Virus record (IMG/VR): IMGVR_UViG_3300031722_000014
Length of the DNA: 34,038 nucleotides
Reading direction: 5' to 3' (one strand)
From: an uncultured virus (IMG/VR IMGVR_UViG_3300031722_000014)
Taxonomy: Duplodnaviria; Heunggongvirae; Uroviricota; Caudoviricetes
The notes beneath the pieces are model-generated. The model saw only the letters and a list, made by a program, of their open reading frames with translations. It ran no database searches and was not told where the DNA came from. A program made the translations under genes and the position numbers. Shown here piece after piece: positions 18,326 through 26,188 of the stretch; positions within the stretch are counted from its first letter, which is position 1, and the number at the start of each line of letters is the position of its first letter.

Positions 18326-18373
18326 TTATAGGTCCCAATCAATTCGCCTTTAGTGGAAATTGCGGATATAATC
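18326..18373 (+). promoter_or_regulatory. Early promoter-like repeat, copy 3
   Basis: ttataggtcccaatcaattcgcctttagtggaaattgcgg. Confidence 0.65.
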
Positions 18374-18417
18374 ATATCTGTATTACTTTATATTTAACCC
18401 TTTTATACATTATTATT

Positions 18418-18957
18418 ATGCTTTATTACTGTTTAACTTTCACAGCACAGGTTGTACCTGCAGATGCTAAGACAAACCCTAACAAGGTTTATTTCCAAGG
18501 CGAATTTATCTCTAAAGAAGATGACCAAGCTACCAAAGTGATTAAAGTTAATTTATTCCCTGAAACTGATGCCCAACAAGCTTTGTGGCAGGAAATGGTT
18601 GACAACAGCAAAGTGTTGAAAGATGCTGAATACGAACCAATTCACGTTGAATTGCCACCGTATCACATGTATGACCAACGCAAAGCCGGTGAATTTATCA
18701 AACGCAAAGACGGTTCTACCAAAGTATTTACAGGTATGGACGTTTATATGCGTATTCTTACTGACAAACTCAATGGAGGCTTCCGTGTTGACGGTAATCC
18801 TAAGGCTAAAGCCGAACAAACTGTTGACCGTTTGGGTAAATGGATTGGAACAGGTGCAACTCACGTTGAAACTGTCATTAATCCTACACCTGCAGCCGAT
18901 GCAGCACCCGCAGCAGACGTGGCAGTACCAACATTCACAACCACTGCAGGTAACTAA
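18418..18957 (+). CDS. Early protein with Ala/Pro-rich tail, probably highly expressed
   Basis: Likely start MLYYCL at 18418; biased codons (GGT, CGT, AAC, GCA); own promoter-like repeat and downstream hairpin. Confidence 0.8.
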   Translation: MLYYCLTFTAQVVPADAKTNPNKVYFQGEFISKEDDQATKVIKVNLFPETDAQQALWQEMVDNSKVLKDAEYEPIHVELPPYHMYDQRKAGEFIKRKDGSTKVFTGMDVYMRILTDKLNGGFRVDGNPKAKAEQTVDRLGKWIGTGATHVETVINPTPAADAAPAADVAVPTFTTTAGN

Positions 18958-18977
18958 TCAGTAACTGCAGATGATTT

Positions 18978-19016
18978 GCAGATAGTATGCACAGTAGTGT
19001 GTACTATCTGTATTTC
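18978..19016 (+). terminator. Terminator-like hairpin
   Basis: GCAGATAGTATGCAC-agta-GTGTGTACTATCTGT followed by ATTT. Confidence 0.65.
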
Positions 19017-19271
19017 CTTACCTCTGGATGACAATTATTTGCATTTTAAACCACGATTTTGTGGAATATTATTGGCATTAGGGGGACTATTCCTTCCACC
19101 GTGCTTTTATATTACCATTCATTCTTCTATTTTCATAGCAGGGTGACATATTATAGCGTAACACACGCATAGAGGCCATTTACAGCCTCTCTAAGACATT
19201 ATCTATATCAAATGGATAGTTAGTACCATTTACAATAACCAATGCCTTAAAAGAGCTTAAAATCAATATAT

Positions 19272-19559
19272 ATGAGTGATATTCATTACGCAAAGTATAT
19301 AAGATATACATTACTACCAAGTGGAAATGTATATAAGATTGAATCATATTGTCCATTAGTAAATCTACAGAAATACATGAAAGATACGATACAAAACAAT
19401 ATTGCATTCATAGTTGAGTCTGATCCTAAAATATTATTTCTAAATGAACAATTATTTGAGAAAGCATTACAATGTACTGACTCAAATAATAGCACTAAAG
19501 AAATAATAATGACGATGAAGCATATCGAAAGAGGTAAAGGTAGTATTATTACATACTAA
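19272..19559 (+). CDS. Hypothetical protein
   Basis: 95 aa with an AT-rich leader. Confidence 0.6.
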   Translation: MSDIHYAKYIRYTLLPSGNVYKIESYCPLVNLQKYMKDTIQNNIAFIVESDPKILFLNEQLFEKALQCTDSNNSTKEIIMTMKHIERGKGSIITY

Positions 19560-19569
19560 ACAACTAACT

Positions 19570-19875
19570 ATGAGAACAAAGAAAGAACTAATACAATTAC
19601 TAATAGCCCGAATTGAAAAGATAGGATACTTATCAAATGGACTATGCTTCCAAGTAGATATGATGAGATATATACCAGGAGATGAAAAAATCACTCGTGA
19701 AGAAGCTGATATACTATTTGCATTAATTAAGACAGCTAAGCCATATATATGGGAAACTAGATATTGGTGTCATAATGGTGTATGGAGTAGAAAGAATGGA
19801 TACCAATTCTTTTGGGAACCGGGATTAGTATTACCAAGACTTGAATGGCTTAATAAACAATTAGCCAAACTATAA
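19570..19875 (+). CDS. Hypothetical protein
   Basis: 101 aa; GLC...FFWEPG..PRLEWL. Confidence 0.7.
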   Translation: MRTKKELIQLLIARIEKIGYLSNGLCFQVDMMRYIPGDEKITREEADILFALIKTAKPYIWETRYWCHNGVWSRKNGYQFFWEPGLVLPRLEWLNKQLAKL

Positions 19876-19944
19876 TATATCCTTACAGATAAATACCGCT
19901 CTAAACTATTGATAGCGGGATATAAATTAGATACTGTCAGTAAT

Positions 19945-20035
19945 GATGGATGTGTTGCGGCCTTAAGAAAGCTGTTTGTAGGAGAGTGAAATATAACCTA
20001 TAATTTGCACTACAACACAAATGAGTTCTCAGCAA
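19945..20035 (+). ncRNA. Candidate pseudoknotted structured RNA
   Basis: TGTGTTG/CAACACA closes two hairpins (CGGC/GCTG and TTGTAGG/CCTATAA). Loop TTAAGAA is partly complementary to the downstream TTCTCAG. Confidence 0.45.
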
Positions 20036-20333
20036 AATGATTAGGGGATGCCCCACTTAATAATAGGTAAAACACTATTTAATCATTGTGACCCTACTCT
20101 CCCTGTTTATATATAAATTAAACACAGACAAGAGGGTGCTAATAAAGGTGCAAAGTGGGGACTTCAAAACCGATATGTCTATAAAGCGTTATAGATGTAT
20201 GTCCAATTGAAATGCAGGAGTGATAGGATAAGTCCTTAAAATCGTCAAATTAAATACGAAAGGCATAGAATCCTGGTAAGGAAATAAAACTATCACTCCG
20301 CTTCTTTGAAACTTAATCAATAAATTATATATT

Positions 20334-20564
20334 ATGCCAACATTAATTAAATTATCAGATGAAAGATTCAATGGGAATCACCCAAATGGAATTAATCCAG
20401 GAAGTACGAAGAAAATAGAAACAATGCCGGAGATTCCAATAGTAGGAGAATGTTATTGGTTTGGTTCGAGAAGAACCTCAATAGTGACAGAAATACTCTA
20501 TTTGACAGATTCAGAATATAAGTTTAAAACACTTAATTCTACGTACCTTGTAAAGCTATTCTAA
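20334..20564 (+). CDS. Hypothetical protein
   Basis: 76 aa; RTSIVTEI...FKTLNSTY. Confidence 0.7.
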   Translation: MPTLIKLSDERFNGNHPNGINPGSTKKIETMPEIPIVGECYWFGSRRTSIVTEILYLTDSEYKFKTLNSTYLVKLF

Positions 20565-20737
20565 TGGCAAAGCAACCAATTAAACAAGTACAATATGCAA
20601 GAGATTGTAAAACAGCTGGCAAATTAATAAGAGATGGCATATATTATTGCGATTTCAAAGGAGCTGGATGTCATACTGCAGTTAATTGTATGGGTTATAA
20701 ACCAAAAAAAATCATATCAAATGAACCACAAAGTTAG
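20564..20737 (+). CDS. Small Cys-containing protein (57 aa, not in the ORF track)
   Basis: MAKQPIKQVQYARDCKTAGKLIRDGIYYCDFKGAGCHTAVNCMGYKPKK...; start coupled to the upstream stop (TAATG). Confidence 0.55.
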   Translation: MAKQPIKQVQYARDCKTAGKLIRDGIYYCDFKGAGCHTAVNCMGYKPKKIISNEPQS

Positions 20738-20948
20738 TTTAGAGAATGTAATTGCTGACCCTGAGGTGTCGGTAACGTTTTGTTCTTTTGTTAGTGCAAT
20801 CAAACATAAGGCTGCACAGTTGTCGATCGTGACAAATATAATAACAAGGGCAATAAGATTTGAAGTGAAACACTCAGACAGAGTATCTCACAAAACAGCA
20901 AAGTTTATTGACATTAAAGAAGCTATTAACTTTTATAACAGCCTATAG
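20721..20948 (+). CDS. Hypothetical protein
   Basis: Likely start MNHKVSLE at 20721. Confidence 0.6.
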   Translation: MNHKVSLENVIADPEVSVTFCSFVSAIKHKAAQLSIVTNIITRAIRFEVKHSDRVSHKTAKFIDIKEAINFYNSL

Positions 20949-20949
20949 T

Positions 20950-21273
20950 ATGCCAGTAAATAAACAAGCCATTACATACAGAATTATGGCAGCAGCTAAA
21001 TGTCTAGGATATGGACCAATCCAACAGACTGAATTACCAATAAGAATAACAGATGCACCAAATGCTCAGTTATTTGAAGGTCCAATAAGAATTGAAATGG
21101 GTAATGCCATTCAGTTATACATGATTGCATTTGACAGATACGATGCTAAAGCTCCAATTTATGCTAATTGGATAATAAATGTCGAACAAAAATTCAATGC
21201 AATAGACGCCAAAAAATGCTTCATTAAAGATGCATTAACACACTTACTAGACAAGAGAACAAATTTCAATTAA
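20950..21273 (+). CDS. Hypothetical protein
   Basis: Likely start MPVNKQ at 20950, right after the upstream stop. Confidence 0.65.
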   Translation: MPVNKQAITYRIMAAAKCLGYGPIQQTELPIRITDAPNAQLFEGPIRIEMGNAIQLYMIAFDRYDAKAPIYANWIINVEQKFNAIDAKKCFIKDALTHLLDKRTNFN

Positions 21274-21300
21274 TTAACAATCAAATTTTATCAAAAAGTT

Positions 21301-21789
21301 ATGAAAACAAGTATCAAAATTATCATTTTCGTAGGCTTCTTGTTTGCAATCGCAGCAACAGCCGCTCTTACTTCATGCAAACATTTGCCTTGGCAAAAAG
21401 TAGAAACCGTTGACACTGTGAAAGCAGTAGCACCTGTAATGGTTGACGCAAACCTGTATCAAATTGTAATTACACGTGCAGATTCTCTTCAAACAGAATA
21501 CTCAGTGTACGCTTATGCAACAGATAAATGGGATGCCAGTCGTATTGGAGAAACAAAGTATTTAAATAATGAGCCGGTGGGTAGTACTATTCGAATAGTA
21601 TTAATAACGCCAATCAATAGTCCATTTAAATGCCCGGAATCAATAATACAGAAAGATGTTAAGCCTGACTCAATTGTAGCCAAGTGTAAGTCGACCGGAA
21701 AGAAACATATTGAATACACCAAAGGACCTAAAAAATCAGGAAAGGGAAAAGGTGGGTGCAAATGTTTATTTGAATACAATATAGTTTAA
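21301..21789 (+). CDS. Putative lipoprotein
   Basis: Signal MKTSIKIIIFVGFLFAIAATAALTS-C; basic and Cys-rich C-terminus. Confidence 0.75.
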   Translation: MKTSIKIIIFVGFLFAIAATAALTSCKHLPWQKVETVDTVKAVAPVMVDANLYQIVITRADSLQTEYSVYAYATDKWDASRIGETKYLNNEPVGSTIRIVLITPINSPFKCPESIIQKDVKPDSIVAKCKSTGKKHIEYTKGPKKSGKGKGGCKCLFEYNIV

Positions 21790-21810
21790 TTTGCCATAGT
21801 TAAACAAAAG

Positions 21811-21851
21811 AAATGAGACCATTCCTATTCAACGCGAATGGTCTCATTTTG
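21811..21851 (+). terminator. Terminator-like hairpin
   Basis: AAATGAGACCATTC...GAATGGTCTCATTT, a 14-bp stem. Confidence 0.7.
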
Positions 21852-21865
21852 AAATATATAATATT

Positions 21866-22126
21866 ATGGCAAGAATAGTAGTAGAATTTAATCCAACAAT
21901 GGAAAAGTTCCTTAAAAAGAACAGAATAAAAACCATATTTGCTCATAATTTTAGAATTTGTAACTCAGAGAGATTACAAAGAATGAAATTAGAAGATGCA
22001 AAGAATATGACACCAAGCAAAATAATTGCATTGGCATTCACATGGTTTAATTCGGTTGAGGGAGAGGCATACTGGAATGGAATATCAATTCGCGCCCTTA
22101 AATGGGAAAAAGAAGAAAAAGTTTAA
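21866..22126 (+). CDS. Hypothetical protein
   Basis: 86 aa; AFTWFNSVEGEAYW. Confidence 0.7.
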   Translation: MARIVVEFNPTMEKFLKKNRIKTIFAHNFRICNSERLQRMKLEDAKNMTPSKIIALAFTWFNSVEGEAYWNGISIRALKWEKEEKV

Positions 22127-22143
22127 TCTATAAATCAATTAAG

Positions 22144-22353
22144 ATGAAACAGAAAATTGTTATAAGAGTAATTATCATGATAATAACTATTCTACTAGCT
22201 GGAATTATTTGGGACATAAAAATGCCACATGATACATTTAATGCAGTATATCAAGAGCTACGTTTTGGAGGTTTACACATGTCAATAATGTGGATATTTG
22301 CAATTGCATTAGTTTGCGAGATCGTAGAATTTTGTTCTGAAATCTTTGACTAA
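22144..22353 (+). CDS. Small two-TM membrane protein
   Basis: Likely start MKQKIVIRV; two hydrophobic segments. Confidence 0.6.
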   Translation: MKQKIVIRVIIMIITILLAGIIWDIKMPHDTFNAVYQELRFGGLHMSIMWIFAIALVCEIVEFCSEIFD

Positions 22354-22364
22354 AATCAATTAAG

Positions 22365-22733
22365 ATGAAACAATTCGAAAACAAATCGTTTGTAATTATG
22401 TTATATGCGATTGCTCAATGGTGCTGGACAGAAAAGAAAGTACCAAGAAGTATTTATATTTGGATAGAAGATGTTACAAACGTCTACAAAGCCAATGTAA
22501 ATTACTGCGACGACAAAGACCGAATGAAAGAGATTTCAAAGGTTAACAAAAAGATTATTCATGTGGACCCAACAGAAGAGTTCATAAAAAGCATGAAAGA
22601 AGATATTCCTAATTTTGGATATCAGGATGTACGTCCAGTATTGGATGAACATAATGTATCTGAAGAAATGGATGAATTGACAGAATGCGAACGCTCTTAT
22701 GGTAATTACCTAAAAGAAGGCGCGCAGAATTAA
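22365..22733 (+). CDS. Hypothetical protein
   Basis: 122 aa; its leader aaatcaattaag-ATG is identical to that of the preceding gene. Confidence 0.7.
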   Translation: MKQFENKSFVIMLYAIAQWCWTEKKVPRSIYIWIEDVTNVYKANVNYCDDKDRMKEISKVNKKIIHVDPTEEFIKSMKEDIPNFGYQDVRPVLDEHNVSEEMDELTECERSYGNYLKEGAQN

Positions 22734-22739
22734 TATTCT

Positions 22740-23700
22740 CATGTTAATTACCGAACTAAAGTGATATCTATGGGAGTTTGACGCAAGCCGAACCAGTGAA
22801 CAGGGAGAAATAATATTGTGACTACTACTTAGTGGGAGTTAAGCAATATTAAATCAAACTTTGGCGTTGTGGATGGGTATTACAATGGAGGTGAGGATAG
22901 GGAGAAATCCTTGAATATTAACAAAAAGTAGTTGCCAAACCATAAAATTGGAGAAAATCAGGCCATTGGGTGAAAATCTGATTCAGTTCATTTGACCACT
23001 TAGGATGAACAAAACCACTATTCAGCTACTTAGAAGCATTGTATGCAAATAAGAGAATTGAGTATCCGTATAAAGTCGGAATAGAGGGAAGGCATTAAAC
23101 CCATAAAAGTGCTAGGACGCAGAAATGCCTCTGAGGAAATCCGTATCCTTAAATGCTGATGATTAGTTAAGAACTCGAAGATTGTATGAAGTCAGTCAAA
23201 AAACCAGGGGTTCGAGGTATATAGGGCCGATTGCCTATTATATTACTTTTAGCGAAGTAGTATGATAGTCCGTGACGTACGAAGAGCGGATACGAAACTT
23301 CATACAATGCCTCGTATGACGAATCTAAAACAAGAAGGCTAAAAAATACAAATACGAGGAGGGTAGGGTTAGGACTGGTGCAGAGGGAGTGTACGTGTAG
23401 TATTTGTATGTGAAAAGCAAGCATTGGTTGATAAATACAGCCTTTACCGTTGACAATGAGTCAGACAGCCGGTCAAATAGAATGCATATAGCGCATACAG
23501 CCATGAGCATGTGGCGAATTACAGGAGCTGACTTGTCAGCGAAGCACAAAAGCCAATGCGGGTGGCGAACCTGCCTATACTTGACCGAAGGTCGCACGTG
23601 AGACAAATCGACAACAACCGATAAAGCCCTGCATGTATGATACACGTGTGTTATGTGGGCGTTATTTATTTATCTTCGGGAAGTTCATTTCCTAAACATG
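22740..23700 (+). ncRNA. ORF-poor ~1 kb block of structured RNA(s); boundaries uncertain
   Basis: No credible plus-strand ORF. Many stems, for example ATTGTATGAAGT (23181-92)/ACTTCATACAAT (23297-308) and GCATTGGTT (23421-29)/AGCCAATGC (23551-59). Confidence 0.5.
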
Positions 23701-23727
23701 TTTTAAAAACTTAAAAATCAATTTATT

Positions 23728-23913
23728 ATGGCAGATATTATAAAAAAAGATTACACAAAAGTCTGTGAAACTTGTAAGCATAGACAGTTAGGTTTTTGTC
23801 AAAATGAAAAAAGCTGGCATTATTGGGAAAGTGATAGGTGGAGATACCAAAATCACAAGGTTCGATTTGAAACCTGTAGATGCTTCGAGCCACTTTTTTA
23901 TAATGCCACATAA
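23728..23913 (+). CDS. Small Cys-rich, possibly Zn-binding protein
   Basis: CETCKH...C...CRCF with a typical AT-rich leader. Confidence 0.65.
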   Translation: MADIIKKDYTKVCETCKHRQLGFCQNEKSWHYWESDRWRYQNHKVRFETCRCFEPLFYNAT

Positions 23914-23972
23914 CGAGCGAGTAATATCCCTATGGGGACGCCATTCAAATGTTATATGCATTTTTACAATCC

Positions 23973-24057
23973 GCCAGTATCATATAGGATGAGAGCCCTA
24001 TAATGACCACGGAAAACAGAGCAATCTGTCTAACGAGTTCGAATCTCATAACTGGCA
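23973..24057 (+). ncRNA. tRNA-like element (acceptor stem and T arm only)
   Basis: GCCAGT/ACTGGC-A acceptor-like stem and GAG-TTCGAAT-CTC T arm. The two internal hairpins are not canonical D or anticodon arms. Confidence 0.5.
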
Positions 24058-24125
24058 CTGAATTTTCTTTTTAAATACAATTTTTTAAACCATTTTTATT
24101 AAACACAATTAATTTATCAAAAATT

Positions 24126-24389
24126 ATGAGTAAAGCAACAGTTTTTGCCACTATGTTGGCTAGTATGTCATTTGCTGCGAACAGCAATGTAAAAAAGTTA
24201 TTGAAAGCCGGTAAATCTTCGGACAAGGAATTAGCTGCAGCAGCAACTACAACCAAGTTCTACAAAGAAGACCTGGATGGTTTCAAGGCCAAAGTTGATG
24301 GTATTTTGAATGCACCTGTAGCTGAAAAAGCCGCTGAGCCTGCAAAAACAAATACCGGTCGTTCTGGCGAATCTTACAAACGTAGTTAA
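24126..24389 (+). CDS. Ala/Lys-rich small protein
   Basis: 87 aa with biased codon usage, followed by a hairpin. Confidence 0.75.
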   Translation: MSKATVFATMLASMSFAANSNVKKLLKAGKSSDKELAAAATTTKFYKEDLDGFKAKVDGILNAPVAEKAAEPAKTNTGRSGESYKRS

Positions 24390-24408
24390 TTCGTTGAGAA
24401 AGTAAATC

Positions 24409-24446
24409 ATAGGACTCTATAGCAATATGGAGTCCTATTATGTTTA
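24409..24446 (+). terminator. Terminator-like hairpin
   Basis: ATAGGACTCTAT-agcaat-ATGGAGTCCTAT followed by TATGTTT. Confidence 0.6.
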
Positions 24447-24464
24447 ATCAATAAAATAACAAAA

Positions 24465-25799
24465 ATGGCAACAAAATGGCAACGCTCATGCTTAGAAGCT
24501 TTAATAGAAAGCCCAGAAGCATTTAAAGTATTTAAGGCAAAACAAATAAACAGAAAGATGTTAGATCAATTTGTTTGTAAATTATGGCCTTATAAATACA
24601 AAAAGGCAAATAATATAAGGATAAAGTCTATCTCAGGAAAGAAGGAACATACTTTACAATATGTCTTTAGAGAATTAGCGAATGCAATTAATACAATTGA
24701 CTGTACGACAAACGACAACCAAGATGAAATACTATTAGGATGTCGAGATATGTATTTTAACGCAGATCAAATATATGAACAAATGTGCGAAATCGAATCA
24801 AGAGCAGAAGATAATATGTTTGATGGATGTGGAGATATGTTCTCAATTATAGCAATTGGAGAAAATGGAAGAGATGCAAAAAGAATATACGACCCAAATA
24901 GCTCAGGGCAAAGAAATATCATTACTAGAATAAAAATGCTAGCAAGCGATATAAGAGGTTCAGGAGCAGAAAGGATGCGATTCTTAGCAATAAGAAAAGA
25001 AAGTACAAACAGATCAGTTAGCGACATGCTGGCAGCTAGAGTATATTGTTTTAACACATTAATGACAATATTAGGACCAGCACCAAAAAAAGTATCGATA
25101 CTGGAAAGGAAACAAATAGAATACGATTCTGTTAACATTGGCATTGAAATAGAATACAATGGATGTAACTGTCAACCTATAGGGAAAAAATTAGCACAGT
25201 TAGAGGCTGTTGAATTTAATTCTGGATGGGATGGAGGAAGTCAAGACGGAAACGATTATAAATCAGGCACTTTGCGAGAAAACAGATTAAGAATAAAAGG
25301 ACTAAGAGGTATTAGAGCATTAAATGAATTACTAATTTATATGGTAAGAAATGGATGTGCAATTGATAATAACTCTGGACTTCACGTTCATGTTGATTGT
25401 AGAGATATGGATTTGAGAAATAACAAAAAGGATTTTTCTTACGTACTTACAGCAATGAAAGAACGGATGGCTAAAGATATGAAATCTATGAGCCAAGAGG
25501 CAAAAGATGACATAATAACAATATTAAGAATGAGCACTCACTTAAGAAGTTATAATAAATTAGCCGAAGAAATTATTCCACGAGTAAACATTCAATGTTC
25601 ATTTAAAACACTTGAATGGAGGATGTTATATCCGACATTAGTGTACGAAACAATGATGCCGCAGATTCTTTTGGTAATCCACCTTACAGAATGTGCAAAA
25701 TACAAAAACAAAAAACCTAACGAGGCATATATCCATATGCTAGGTGAAATCGTTAGAAAACAGGATAATCAAAACTTGCCAGTAAGGCAAAATTATTAA
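24465..25799 (+). CDS. Putative amidoligase (COOH-NH2 ligase, Amidoligase_2-like C-terminal domain)
   Basis: IGIEIEY, RENR, SGLHVHVD and KTLEWRM motifs, preceded by a ~220 aa N-terminal extension. Confidence 0.7.
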   Translation: MATKWQRSCLEALIESPEAFKVFKAKQINRKMLDQFVCKLWPYKYKKANNIRIKSISGKKEHTLQYVFRELANAINTIDCTTNDNQDEILLGCRDMYFNADQIYEQMCEIESRAEDNMFDGCGDMFSIIAIGENGRDAKRIYDPNSSGQRNIITRIKMLASDIRGSGAERMRFLAIRKESTNRSVSDMLAARVYCFNTLMTILGPAPKKVSILERKQIEYDSVNIGIEIEYNGCNCQPIGKKLAQLEAVEFNSGWDGGSQDGNDYKSGTLRENRLRIKGLRGIRALNELLIYMVRNGCAIDNNSGLHVHVDCRDMDLRNNKKDFSYVLTAMKERMAKDMKSMSQEAKDDIITILRMSTHLRSYNKLAEEIIPRVNIQCSFKTLEWRMLYPTLVYETMMPQILLVIHLTECAKYKNKKPNEAYIHMLGEIVRKQDNQNLPVRQNY

Positions 25800-26188
25800 T
25801 TAGTTTATACCGTGCAAACCGCTGGGCGGGGGAGAGTCTCAATGCTAAAATGCTAAGGGATGGGCAATGGGGACAGGTAATGCTGACAGCCCATGAATGA
25901 CTTATAATTAATAATTAGTCTTATAAATTTTAAAACGACACAGTAAAGTCGAAGATCAGTATCTTTTGAAGGTCTACTAAGCCTGATGGGATATGATTAT
26001 ACTCAACCTTTTTGCAAGAGGGGGCGAAGTATCACTTACTGCACAGTTTCAGTTGTTGGGAGAGTGCAGTGATTTAGTCTAAGTATACAAGGACTAGGTC
26101 GGCTAAGTTTTGATTGGTATATAATTGAAAGAAAGTGCTCTTAAGCTTTCAATTATGTGCAAACCCAAAATCATGGTAATCCATGGGA

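Noticed and set aside
17093..18373. CRISPR array or mini-array interpretation of the ~45-bp repeats
   Set aside because: The copies are degenerate, non-palindromic and separated by 0.3-0.9 kb containing genes.
21127..21147. Peptide AFDRYDA shared between the 20950 ORF and the 17584 lipoprotein
   Set aside because: Flanking residues do not align; treated as chance or a tiny recombined patch.
23133..23143. RNase P RNA-like GAGGAAATCCG
   Set aside because: It lacks the G of GAGGAAAGTCC, and no matching 3' P4 strand was found.
23131..23180. Hammerhead ribozyme cores CTGAGGA (23131) and CTGATGA (23156)
   Set aside because: No properly placed stem II-GAAA or stem I/III with an NUH site could be built.
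23167..23645. ORFs 23167-23424(-), 23325-23645(-) and 23404-23601(+)
   Set aside because: Atypical composition and no AT-rich leader; the region is better explained as structured RNA.
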